Shown piece after piece: positions 28,204 to 43,487 of a DNA stretch of 64,000 nt; the first letter of the stretch is position 1; the number at the start of each line of letters is the position of its first letter. The stretch is taken from positions 6,758,001 to 6,822,000 of the forward strand of contig NC_043015.1 in assembly GCF_006345805.1 (NCBI RefSeq), read 5' to 3'. The DNA is from Octopus sinensis. Taxonomy: Eukaryota. The position numbers and the translations under genes were made by a program. The notes beneath the pieces were generated by a model. It was not told where the DNA came from. It ran no database searches and was given only the letters and a program-made list of their open reading frames with translations.

Positions 28204-28430
28204 TTAACACTTCAGCATTTCAATCGGCCATATCTGACCAAAATAGGCCTCCTGTTTTATGTTGAAACTGTCCTGATCTAACCTATCACACCTAACCTGA
28301 AATGTCATTCTAAAAATAAATAATAACATAATCAAAATTTCAAATCTATGAGAAAATACATGATTAATTCAAAACAATATACATAATAAGAATTACCTTT
28401 GGCAGAGTAATTCAAACGCTAAAGTGTTAA
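28204..28430. mobile_element. piggyBac-like MITE (TTAA ends)
   Basis: Terminal inverted repeats TTAACACTTCAGCATTT and AAACGCTAAAGTGTTAA (15/17 match), TTAA at both ends, 227 bp, no coding capacity. Confidence 0.75.
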
Positions 28431-31400
28431 AAACTTTGGAAACTATGTTTTCAAAGTAGGATATTCATTTTATTATCGCCGTCGTGTTTTCAAAATCCGG
28501 TTTGAAGGGATTATAGCTATGTCCGTTATCAATTTCTAAATAATCACATTATTCCCTACTATACTCTTCTATATTTTGTAACGTATATTCATGAAAGATT
28601 CTTCAATTTATTACACAAATCCTCGAGTTGCTTTCTCTGTGATTGTAATTCCAACGTGCATTGTATTATATAGGAATTAACTTACATCATTCGTAAATAT
28701 TACGTTTAATGATTGGTATCTTGGAAACAGTTTCTTCGCTTAATGAAAATTTATGTACTGTCATGATGCCATCAACACCATTTGTATATTTAATCTATCT
28801 TTTCATTACATTGCCACATTTACTTATCTTTGTGACTACGTTACACTTTCATCAAATAACATTTATTCACCCATTATATTTAACCTGACCTTGGTTTATA
28901 GTACATTGTTTACGCTCCAATATTTATTCTAAGATACTTCAGACATCATAAATCTTAAACCTGACTGATAATATGAGGTTTCTTTGTAAACCTGCCTTTT
29001 TATTTAACTGAAATCGTATTTGTACTTTATACCTTTAAAAATGAAATATATTTATGTGTATAGCAGTGTTTTTTGGTGTTTGTGCGTGTATGTATTCCTT
29101 CAGTTTTTATGAAATATTATACTTCCTAGAATATGACAGCTCGTTTCTAAGAAAACAGAAAAGAGACGACAAAACCCTTATCAGTGTAATTCGGAAAACG
29201 ATCATAATTAGCATTACATATCGAATATTAAAATATATAATTTTGTTATACTTAGAGACTGCATCTGTAAAATACGTGTTAGGGTTACTCTTAGCTTGAA
29301 CCTATTAACTTCTTCAGATTGTGGCTTAGACATTATTAACTTTAATTTAAATAGAATTTGTGGTCAGAGAAGCAGACGTCTAGTTTTCGATGTAAGTATC
29401 CGTAGATCTTCTCCTCCCCGCTGTTTTGGGTAGAGGTGTTCATATCTACAGAGCGACTCATCTTTATGACTGTAGATCACATTTATATTCTGTGGCTCAG
29501 AATTATCTCCGATCTCTTATGTTCGAACTTAGTAGATGTTTTGCTGGAAATATTTATACAATGTTGTATTGATATGAATGCATGTATCTATTCGGGGTGA
29601 TTTTATCTTATGGCAGTCATTTCCACTGATGGCATGGAACATTGGTATTTCAAGTCTGTCACATCACTGTGGGAGGAAATGCATCCATGATATTTTGGGG
29701 CATCTGCTGTTAAGCTGTGTTATGTCTTCTACAGAAGAATAACTTAAAACGACATTTGCGTTTGTAGCTTTGAACTCTAAGGATTTTTAAAACGTGTTTT
29801 TCCGTGAGATATTTCGAATCTATCACCTGCTGCCGAATTGCAAAACACATTTTAAGATGCGATGCGAGATTACGGTAAAGCAAAGGAGAAAGATTATATT
29901 TGGTGTGATTATGTCACCCTTTTCAAGTTTTCCTATAGATCCAAAACATAAGACCTATGCATAAAAATTGTTATGCTAAGCAGATTGTTTTTATTGTATG
30001 TAGTTACTAAAATATGTGAATTCCGTGGTGCTTGGTCCGTAAAGGAGATTAACAAGAAATGAATGACTTCTGACACCTTTAATATGGTCGGGTAAGATGT
30101 TATTCACCAAAAGTGAATAACATCTTACCTGTTTGTGTAATTTTCGCGGGTATAATTTAGAAAGTGTTCGAAGGCTACTTATACTGATCTGCAGCCAATT
30201 TCTTTCTATATTTCTTCTCAGAGAGAGTCTGTCAATGCACCACTCTTTCCGGATATTTGCAGTTGATGTCAAGATTTTGTAAATTTTCGTGACCCTAGGA
30301 CATAATTTTACGATAGACCTATGAAGTGTCCAAAATATTGTTATCAGTTGGGGCATTGCAAAATTATTGTGGGATATTTGTTTTGTAAGAGAGAAATTTA
30401 ACTGCCATGTATTTTCAGTATGGTATAATAAATCGGCTACTCTATCCTTATTAACAGTGTCTTCATATAATGCATTTTCAACCATACTTAGATATTCGAA
30501 TTACACGATTTCAGTATAGTTTTTCATTTATTGAAATTTAAAATTTATACTAGACACACTCCATCCCTATATGTTATGATTACATACAGCTGTTTTGTTT
30601 TGTTTCATCTATTTCAGAAGTAGATGAAAAGCATTTTCAAGGAAAATATATGAGCTTTATTAGTGTCGCTTGCTGTTGTAGAGCCAAAGTATACACAGTT
30701 GATTTTCATAAAAGAAATTCCAACGGGATTAAAGTAAGAGATAACCAAAGAAACACAAACAGTCACTTCAGTATACAGCCACTGAAATATTTATATCACA
30801 ATAGATACGTCCGAAAATGAGTATTGTGTATCAAGAATTTGTGAACATTTGGACGGCAACATTCTAAGATAGCAGGAATTTTTCCATGAGTGAAAGATGT
30901 AATCAAATACATTTATAGAATCTAGTCATATTGACATGCGGCTTCTACAGTATTTTCTTACTTCAAACAGTAGAGTCTCACCAAACCTAGTTCTTTTCCT
31001 TCCTGCTGTATAGGTGTGATTGATTATATCGGTATATTATCAATGGGCTTTCAATGGATTTGTGAGGGTTGTTTGTGAAAACCTTCTAAATACTGATAAG
31101 TCAGAGTTTGGGCCTACTGTTCTCCAAAAGCTTGCTCATCTGTTTATGTATATAAAGCTAACTGGGTACAAAGTAACATATGCAATACTAATTGTGTGTT
31201 ATACCCACACATTCATACACTCACGCACACAGACATCCACATATATACATGGACGGAAAACAAGTTGTGACCTAAATTTTGAATAAAACAAAATTCCAGA
31301 GAGTTAATGAATAACGTGGTTCATTTACATACACATTAAAATATATCAACGCATTTACATAGATTTCAATAATCTCATGCTCCAGTACACATAGAAACAC

Positions 31401-31585
31401 ACACTCATTCACTCATGAATATACAACCGTACTCATTAATCTACTTATCAGTCAATCTGCCCATCTATCTTGTTACCTCTCACTCTCACATTACACATTC
31501 ACATACATACATACATACATGTGTGCGTGTATATATAGTAAAAGGAGGGATATGATATCCATATTTATATACAAACACACACAAG

Positions 31586-33668
<2,083 letters not shown>

Positions 33669-34104
33669 TCTAAGATCTGCTTGATATTGTCATTATTCTA
33701 CAAATTTGATACGCTTACCTTGTCTCACCATTATTTTCATTCAATATGCTTTGAGACTTGAAGACACTTTTATTTCCGTTTGTCAAAATCTCATCAAAAT
33801 ACAGGGGGAAAATTTACTTTAATACACCAACTTAAAACGATCCATCAACTAAATATCTTAAATTATCAACCAGTTCCAACTCTTTACAACTATCAGGAAG
33901 TTTGAAACGAAATCAATTGTGCTCGTCTCTACGAAATCATTGAATTGTGAAATAACCTAAACTAATCTTTAAATATTAGCTTTCATCAATTCCTATTTAT
34001 CCATTACCATCTTTATTAAAATTACTTTGGTTGTTATAAATCATTATATTTTCGGTTTCTTAAGATTATTGGGCCTTTATTATTAAAAGGTAGTCCAATG
34101 ATAA

Positions 34105-34585
34105 ATTAAATTTCTTCTTCTTGTTCGTCGTCGTCTTCTTCTTCGTCTCCTACTTCTTCGTCTCCTTCTTCTTCGTCTTCTTCTTCGTCTTCTTCTTATT
34201 CTTCGTCTCCTTCTTCTTCTTCTTCGTCTCCTTCTTCTTCTTCTTCGTCTCCTTCTTCTTCTTCGTCCTCTTCTTCTACGTCTCCTTCTTCTTCTTCGTC
34301 TCCTTCTTCTTCTTCGTCTTCTTTTTCTTCGTTTCCTTCTTCTTCGTCTCCTTCTTCTTCTTCGTTTTCTTCTTCTTCTTTTTCTTCTTTTCCTTCTTCC
34401 TCTTCGTCTCCTTCTTCGTCGTCGTCTTCTTCTTCGCTCCTTCTTCTTCGTCGTCGTCGTCTTCTTCTTCGTCGTCGTCTTCTTCGTCGTCGTCTTCTTC
34501 GTCGTCGTCTTCTTCTTCTTCCACTTCCTCCTTCTCTCCCTCCCCTTCCTTTTCTTCCTCCTCTTTTTCCTACTCCTACTATTAA
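34105..34585. repeat. (CTT)n/(CGT)n trinucleotide array with 18-21-bp higher-order units
   Basis: CTTCTTCTTCTTCGTCTC units; source of the poly-R/E/F/S ORFs. Confidence 0.95.
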
Positions 34586-35111
34586 CATGTGAAATCAACT
34601 GATTATAAATAGCTTAACCTATTTTAAGTAAGAGTTGCTCTCCATGATATACGAAGTGAACTATAGTACAGAAATTAGATTTGGTGTTTTAATTTTGAGC
34701 ACGAGGCAGTCACCCAGACAAACACACCTAACATTGCCCGCAAACTAAGACAATTTACAAGATACTCTCAAGATATTCACGTTTATAATATTTTGTTTCG
34801 CATATATACTTTGATATCTGAAAACGTCCTGGTGTTGTGGTGTATGTTTATAAACAAAAAGAGCAGGAAGCAAATATGTTAAAAAAGAAATCATCTGCAC
34901 GCCCATTAGGCTGAAAATACAAAATTTTACTTTATTATTATTTTATGCACTTTTATTCTACCTCCCGATAGAAATAATTATAGATAATTTTTGCTCATTT
35001 TGAAACGAAACATTTTAATAGTTTCCAACGGGGTTATTGTACAGAATGAAATTTAATGTTAAAAATCTCCATCGGATGTTCATGAATGGCTATAAAAGTG
35101 ATTTTATTTAA

Positions 35112-35528
35112 GAGTGGCTGTGTGGTAAGTAGCTTGCTAACCAACCACATGGTTCCGGGTTCAGTCCCGCTGCGTGGCATCTTGGGCAAGTGTCTTCTAC
35201 TCTAGCCTCGGGCCGACCAAAGCGTTGTGAGTGGATTTGGTAGACGGAAACTGAAAGAAGCTAGTCGTATATATGTATATATATATATTTATATATATAT
35301 GCGTGTGTGTGTTTGTGTGTCTGTGTTTGTCCCCCTAGCATTGCTTGACAACCGATGCTGGTGTGTTTATGTCCCCGTTACTTAGCGGTTCGGCAAAAGA
35401 GACCGATAAAATAAGTACTGGGCTTACAAAAGAATAAGTCCCGGGGTCGAGTTGCTCGATTAAAGGCGGTGCTCCAGCATGGCCGCAGTCAAATGACTGA
35501 AACAAGTAAAAGAGTAAAAAAAAGAGTA
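35112..35528 (+). mobile_element. tRNA-head SINE, family C (CORE-like domain, internal TA/TG microsatellite)
   Basis: A box TGTGTGGTAAG, B box GGGTTCAGTCCC, CORE-like CTTGGGCAAGTGTCTTCTACT, internal microsatellite, (AAAGAGT)n tail; second copy at 52825-53180. Confidence 0.88.
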
Positions 35529-38297
35529 ATTGGTTATCGAAACAAACTCGGTTTAGTGGTATGTACATGTATTTAAGAGTATCTTTTAATAGTGATTTGA
35601 ACTAATATAGATATCAGTGTATAGATTTCCTAAACTAACACGTTTGGGCGAGTGATATGTCTGGAAAAAATGGCTGTGTTAGTCTTTCAATAATACTTAT
35701 GTTATATACATGAACGACGTCAAAGAAGAACCCGAAGGGATTTGAACTCAGTTCGTAAGGAGATGCACCTCTACATTGCTGTAAATGTAATATAATGATT
35801 CCATAATCAAACCTTTAATATGTGAGCTTCTAAGCGCGTCATGGACATAGCAGATATTGTAAAGAAGTAACCTCAGTTCACATCATGCCTTTGGATAAAT
35901 TGAAAGGTCACATTGAACAGTGGAATCTCAGATGGACAAAAAGATATAGTTTAGTAATACCCTTTGATCGTAAGTCTACTCAATCATGGCGGATCTGCTG
36001 CTAAACATCAACTGAACTGATATATTTATATTTCATATACGCTGTCACTTAATTGATGCTATTATATCATTACTGTGTTACAGAGAAATATAACCAGAGA
36101 GTCGGTATACATTAGAGGAGCAGGATTTAACACTGCGATAAAGAGATGCAAAAAGGAAATTTCACACTGAATACAGAATAATAATGTTATAGGTTACATG
36201 TCTTATTCAAACTTTCTATAATAAATACTTTACACTGAAGCAATGTGTTATAATGTAATTCCTACTGTGATTTAGGAATAAACTTGCGGAACTGTTAGAT
36301 CTAATGTACTAGACGCTATATATTTACTAGTTTAACACACGGATGTAAAATAAAAGACAAAAATACATATACGTAGATTGCCAACGCATTGGCAAAAATT
36401 CAATAACAATAATATGAAATCTATTCAATCGTTACATGTGAACATCAGCTCTGTTGTTTGGTTGTATTTTAAATGTTGTGCCAACAAAAATAGGTACGGA
36501 TGACATAAAACTTAACAATATGTCTCTCAATCACTTGTGCATACAGCAACAACAACAAAAAAAAAGAAACATATTTCCTTAATGGCTCTATAATAAGCTG
36601 GCGAAAGGATGTAGCTAATTTTAGGCTTTCTGTAACGACTGCTCTGTGAAGCTCTGATTATTGGAGTAAAGTGTAATACGGTGTCGTAGTTTACATAGGC
36701 CTAGAGGTGTTATGGCTAAATAAGATCAATCAGAAGAAGCAATTAAGTGGAGCATTTCCAAGTGAGAAACTATTAGAGCAGGAATGTACAGTATTTACCT
36801 GGAATAATAGAAGTAAAATGGCGTAAGATGCAAATAAATTGAATACCAGTGTCGAATAGATGTATACTCTACTAGTAAATGCTGGTAAATTATAAAAGCT
36901 AATTCCTTTAAAATAGTCATCAACCAAAATAGAAGAAATATATCTGAGAGATTATTACATAGTTATATTTAACACTGTTACTGTAATGATAAAGTATGGA
37001 AACCAGAATATATATATATATGGATTTTAGATTAATTTCTGAATAGATTACATTTTAAATATATGGTTTCACTTCATAGAAGAAATTTCCATGAATCCTT
37101 TAAAAGTCTCGCTCCACGAGACATAAAATGTATTCTATTGTGTATTCTGAAATATTTTATGTTGCATTTATTCTTGAAATATTTATATAATTTATTATAG
37201 GCCATCTAAACTAAACAACATAAAGTCAAGGGATAATATTATTTGATCGGTTAAGAAAAAAAAAACATTGAACAGTGGTGGTAACCTTCTCTTGAAAACT
37301 TTTGCTATATGTTCTTATCAGGCATCGAAACTACCTTTTAATCTTGCATAAGGCATTTTGCTCTAACGGATTTAACCTTTCGAGATGACGAGCGTAATCT
37401 CTTAGTTAATTGCTATGGAAATATCTTCACAATATTTTGAATAAACCGAAAAGTTTAAGGGACAATATTTATGGTTTGTTTCATAATGTTTCATGGAGAT
37501 AAGCAGTATTTAGTGGTCGATGCCGCTCGAGGTTACTCGATTATCTATATTTCATTGGGAATGTTAGATGAGGTCATCATTTATGGATGAATCGAATATG
37601 GCTTGGATACTTTGATGTAGTAAAACCAAGATATTATTGTGCTACAATTCTCAAGTTTTAAACGTATTATCTAAAATAGAAATTTGCTTTCAATATATTC
37701 TAGCAGTTTATCTCAAGTTATTTGTTCTGATTATGAATGATCAACACTTTTGAATATTTCTCGCCTTGAGCATATTCCACTCTTCTGTGATATCTCTATC
37801 AAATCAATGAAATCTCATGCAACCATTTGGCGTCTTCTTTCCAGGGGTCTGCATTTACTTCTTACATTTATGTATGATTCAGTTTGTAACTGTGTTGTGC
37901 TACTAGAAAATCACTGTTTAGCATTTTAATCGAGATATAAAAAAATAATAATTAAAATCATTCAGAAATTAAATCATTACACAGAAACTTAAGCAAAGCT
38001 TGAATTATTATTAATTATCATTAAAATCATTAACAAATGCAGCCTCCAATATCAATGATATTTTACACGCAGTTATCACAGAATTACTGTAGATTATATA
38101 CTACAGATTAGTATACAGCAAGTTATATCAGAAAAAAAAACATCCTTTTTTTCTTATTTGCAAATTCTCACCCCAAAACTATATGTTGTATCAAAGTATA
38201 ACATATGAAAGTTACGACTGATTTCATAATACATATTTTACGTAACTTTTAAAATGGTCAGAAAAGAGACCCTATCCATTTAATGGATCTTCGTAGT

Positions 38298-38336
<39 letters not shown>

Positions 38337-38656
38337 GAGAAATTGAGCTTATAAGAGATAACGGTGTCATTGAGACCCAATTGTGCCAGGTAATGCTGAG
38401 TAAGTGCTATAGATAGTTAAGTTCCGGTAGTTTTGCGAATAAGGGGTTCAACGTTGGTTCTATGTCATCTTGTGCATATAAGACTTTTTTGCGTAATAAA
38501 ATTAAAAACACCCAAGGCTATGTAGATATTAGAGCATTTATTGATATAAGGTCTAATATAATAACTATAAATGCTCTACTATCTACACAACCTTGGTTTT
38601 TTTATCTTATTCAGCAAAAAATTCTTATATTTATATATATTTATGTATATATGTAT

Positions 38657-38980
38657 TTCGATTCCCAGACCGGGCGTTGTGAGTGTTTATTTATTGAAAG
38701 TACATAAAGCGCCACGTGGTTCCGGCAGTGAGTGTTGGTGGATAACCCTTCTGTACTCTTTCTTCACAACTTTCTCTCACACTTTCTTCCTGTTTCCGTC
38801 GTACCTGTATTTCAATATTTCAATGGACCAGCCTTGTCACACACTGTATCAAGCTGAGAACTACGTTAAGATTTCACGTGTCTGTGGAGTGCTCAGCCAC
38901 TTATACGTTAATTTCACGAGCAGGCTGTTCCGTTGATCGGATCAAACGGAACCATTGTCATCGTAACTAATGGTGTGCCA
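38657..38980 (+). mobile_element. 5'-truncated SINE with a family-B head and a different 3' half
   Basis: TTCGATTCCCAGACCGGGCGTTGTG...TACTCTTTC...CAACTTTCTCTCAC matches family B; sequence after ~38800 is unrelated to the tail of the 17947 copy. Confidence 0.75.
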
Positions 38981-39140
38981 CGATATATAATATGTATATA
39001 TAGTAAATTCAATTTCATTCTGAGACTTCCACTTAATATATTTACAATATTTCATCATTATTTCGGTGAATACGCATTTAAAATGTTCATATACACAATG
39101 TTATTGAATAGTGAGATAATATATTACATTTAACATATAT

Positions 39141-39565
39141 TGGTGTGTGTGTGTGTGTGTGTGTGAGTGTGTGTCTGAATCCGTGTGTGTTTTGATTGAA
39201 TGTGTATTTGAATGTGTATGTTTGTATGTGCTTATGTGAGTGAATGTGTGTGAATGCACGCTTGTGTGTGTGAATGTGTATGTTTGTATATGCTTGTGTA
39301 TGTGTGAGTGAATGTGTGTGTATGAATGTGCATGTTTGTATGTGTTTATGTGTGTGTGAGTGTGTGTATGTCTGAATGCGTGTGTGTCTTGATTGAATGT
39401 GTATTTGAATGTGTATGTTTGTATGTGCTTATGTGTGTGTGTGAGTGAATGTGTGTGAATGCACGCTTGTGTGTGTGAATGTGTATGTTTGTATATGCTT
39501 GTGTGTGTGTGAGTGAATGTGTGTGTATGAATGTGCATGTTTGTATGTGCTTATGTGTGTGAGGT
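39141..39565. repeat. TG-rich minisatellite, two ~200-bp higher-order copies
   Basis: Marker CTGAAT..GTGTGTGT.TTGATTGAATG at 39175 and 39372; GAATGCACGCTTG at 39252 and 39457. Confidence 0.9.
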
Positions 39566-40139
39566 AGCATCCTATGAAGTAGAAGCCAAATCACATTTCA
39601 ATTAACCGGCTCAACATGAGGACAGTCATGAATAATAATATGAGGGACATTATGTAAATATTAGATAAAAATAATTCGATAGAAATAGTCGTATAACTAG
39701 CCCTAAAGGTGATTTTCATACTAACACTAATTTCAGTATAAACCTCTCGATTTCATCGTTTCAAAAATATTACAGGTGATTTGAAAAATGTGAGCATTTT
39801 AAACGTATACAAACAGTATTAAAATTTTCATATTGTTTTCTGTTAAAGGTATAAAGATGACCAAAAAGAAGAGCTATAGCGGCTAATGCGTTTCGGTGAT
39901 TTATAATTTAAGGCAGAAGTGTTTAGAGAAGTTTTTTTTTTCAAGAAAACAATAGTATTTAACATAGATTAATTTTTTTTTAAGTGACTGGGATCATATG
40001 TAAATCTTACTTGAATGTAACATTGAAAGCTAGTAGTAAATAGTGCAAAAATTTAAAACTAAAGCTCTCTAATATCAAGCATCTCTAATTAATGAATTTC
40101 TTTTCAGCACGCATTTGGAAAAAAATCCAATAAAGATTG

Positions 40140-41386
40140 TATTTGGTCATACCCATAAATAATGTGTTATTTTATACTTCTTTACTTTTCACAATTAAGA
40201 TGAAAAACGTCCTTTTTTATTCTAAAATATACTCTCCTTTATTTTCTACAATGCTCTCCCATCTATCTGGTAGATTTGCAAGGTACCGCTTCAAAAATTC
40301 ACTTCTCCTTGACGGAAAATACTCCCCCAGTACTGTTCTGATTTTGAAAACTGCAGAATAAATGAAAATCAGATGAGGAGAATATCCTGCGAATATGATG
40401 GGTGGGGCATGGTTTCCCATTCAAACTGCTCCAGCCTTTGGAATGTAATTCTCCCTGGGTGTGACCGAGCATTATCCTGGTGGAAGAACACCTTTCTTCT
40501 TGAAACCAAAGATAGTCGTTTTCTTCTAGCGCTGACTGAAATCGCTGAAGCTGCTCGCATAGATCTCCTTTGTTATCGTTTAGGTTTTAAAAAGTTCAAA
40601 GTCGACTAAACCTTTCATATCCAAACAAACAGATAACAACACCTTATGTGGGTGATGACCTTCTTTAGCCTGGGCTGCCAGTGTTTTTCCCTTCCCTGGC
40701 CACTGTTTTCGGCACTTGATATTTTTATAGAGAACCCATTTCTTGTCACCGGTCACTATTCGGTCTAATAAAGGTTCATTCGTGAGACATGACAACAAAG
40801 AAGAGTACACATTTAATCTGTACGTGATTAAACTCGGAAAGTTTGTTAGAAACGTGATGAACCAACTTGCTGACCTTTCCGATGACATTCAAGTGTCGAT
40901 GAATGCTTGAATGACAAAATCCAAGCGTCTCTGCTAGTTCCTCAACGCTTACGATGGGATTTTGTTCCACCAGGATTTACAGAACGTCCTTGTCATGCTC
41001 TACAGATCTTCCAGGACACGGCTCGTCTTCTAGGCTGTAGTTTCCAGCTCAGAATTTCTGAAACCACCGTTGATACTGGCTTACGCTTATTGTCAGATCC
41101 CTATATACTACCTTAATATTCATTGCCCTTTCCGTTGCATTGTTGCCTTTATTGAACTCACAAAGTAAAATATGCCGAATATGCTCCATTGTCACTTTCA
41201 TTACAGCTTTGAAAAATGAACTGTTAAAATCGATTGCCCTCTTCAAAACTTGCACCAAGAATAAGGAGAAGATAAAATTAACAGCTGCTTTTATTGCAAG
41301 TTGAAGCAGGTAGTTTATCCTGTCACCCTCCGACATTTATTTCATGCAATTGAAAAAAAACGCATTATTTATGGAATGATACAATA
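40140..41386 (-). mobile_element. Full-length decayed mariner (DD34D) transposon
   Basis: Broken frames give EHIRHILLCEF (HTH), IVTGDKKW, FHQDNARSH, HPSYSQD/SDFHLF, RWESIVENKGEY. Imperfect TIRs TATTTGGTCATACCCATAAATAATGTG (40140) and CGCATTATTTATGGAATGATACAATA (41361-41386); ~1.25 kb. Confidence 0.92.
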
Positions 41387-41715
41387 TACGACTTGAAGAA
41401 AACACAGATGCAGAAGAAGAGATGTTATGGTGACTGAACGCATGAGGAAGGTGGGAAATAACGGGTAGAAGTGGAAACAAAAGAGAAAAGAAAGACAACA
41501 GACAAGCCTTGTAGTTGAAATGAAAGCCAAAGAGGAAAGATAGAGTTAGGCATGGAGCGAACCATGCGGTTAAATATATTATTGGAGTTTAAAGAAATAT
41601 ATGTGTGCGTTTGTGGGTATGTGTATATGTGTGTGTGTGTCCGTGCATATATTTACATGTACATAGATGTGTGTGCCTGTGGGTGTATATATATATATAT
41701 ATACATACATATTGT

Positions 41716-41955
41716 GGAGGCACAATGGCCCACTGGTTAGGGCAGCGGACTCCCGGTCGGAGGATCGCGATTGTGTGTGTTTATTGAGCGAAAACACCTA
41801 AAGCTCTACGATGCTTCGGCAGGGGGGTGACCCTTATTGTACTCTTTCGCCTAAACTTCCTCTCACTCTTCCAGCTGGAGGGGCGGAACATATGCCACAT
41901 AAGCCGGGAAACCGGGCTCATGAACCTGGCTAGGCTTGAAAAGGGCGCATAAATG
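41716..41955 (+). mobile_element. SINE family B with internal deletions (B box and V-like domain lost)
   Basis: Same head and tail as 17947-18268; lacks TTTCGATCCCCAGACC and GCGATGGACTGGCG; sits between (TA)n tracts. Confidence 0.88.
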
Positions 41956-41970
41956 AATTATATATATATG

Positions 41971-42019
<49 letters not shown>

Positions 42020-42509
42020 CGTTTACTTAGAATAGTCCTAATAAATTATTGAAATGTTGGAGGCTCTTAAAATCATTCATTCTGATGAGAAATTTCCACT
42101 TTGGTGAGCCAAAGATCAAGGTTGATCGAAAATACATGTGATGAAAGTCAATCCACTGGTTTCCAAGTATGTCTAGGACTACGTTGTTAGTTGCTGTTAT
42201 CTTTGTTTTAACATTAAAACGACTTGCTAGTTTCAGCTACCTATTGAGGGCACATTCTTGTAAGTTGATAAACCCCACTCTTATTTCAAGTGTTCGTTTT
42301 TTTTCTTTTCTAACAATGAGAGTGCTCGATGTGGCGTTCACATTTTGCAAAATAGATATTCGATCTCTTTATATCTATCAGGCATTTTGTTCAGTATATG
42401 TTTCATATCTTTACTTTTCTAAAGATAAGCATGCATAATCTATGTGCTTCCCCGTCACTGCCGTACGTGAATGTGTGTATGTATGTATGTATGTATATAT
42501 ATATACATA

Positions 42510-42551
<42 letters not shown>

Positions 42552-42584
42552 TACGTTTATATTTGTATAAATTTACATACATAC

Positions 42585-42639
<55 letters not shown>

Positions 42640-42640
<1 letters not shown>

Positions 42641-43392
42641 GCACTCGCACACACACACACACATATATAAATATATATATACCAGTATCAATCCAATACT
42701 TGTATGAACACTAATGGAATCTCTATAGAATTTTTTTTTCTGTCTCACAAAGAAACGTGTTAATAAATATTCCTTATATAAACGCATATACCACCTCTAC
42801 GTATATAACAACGCGTAATCTTATATGTGTTTTATATGCTTGGCGGAAACACCAGAAGTTTCAATTCGAAGTTGCATGGATTTCATAATTTAGGAAATAA
42901 GCTAATACCTCCTGTGTATATCGGCTATGGAAATAATGAATTTCCAGAAACCATCTGTTCTTTGTTATTGCTATGTTTCTTTATTCAAAAGAAAAAAAAT
43001 CCAATCTATACTCTGCCCAATACAGAATGGCCGTCCATATGGCTTCAGAACGTACGAGTAATTATTTTCTGTATTATTTATTTTATTTTTGTTTTGTTAT
43101 TGTATTTTTGTATTTTCAGAGGTGAGAGTTGGAGGAAATTAAATCGAAAATGTAATTTCAAGTGAACAAAAACTGTAAAATAATATGATACACATAACGT
43201 AATACAGGAACAAAAATTGGAGTAAAACCGACAGTGTTGGTACAGAAACGGTTGTCGTTGGACAGAACCACGTGTTTGTAACAACCAGTGACTGAATTGT
43301 TGCTTTCAAAAGAGAGAGAAAAAACAACCACATTGTGTTTGGCATTCAGTACTGCCAAAGCACTTAAACTACACATTGTGAAAAGTACATAT

Positions 43393-43487
<95 letters not shown>

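Noticed and set aside
34083-34598. Poly-Arg, poly-Glu and poly-Phe/Ser ORFs
   Set aside because: Open in several frames because of the (CTT)n repeat; no splice or codon evidence.
36793-36835. Minus-strand polypyrimidine-CAG|GTAAAT, like a recursive splice site; also CAG|AG|GTGAG near 43119 and 43969 on the plus strand
   Set aside because: Such motifs are expected by chance at this AT content, and the host gene and strand are not established.
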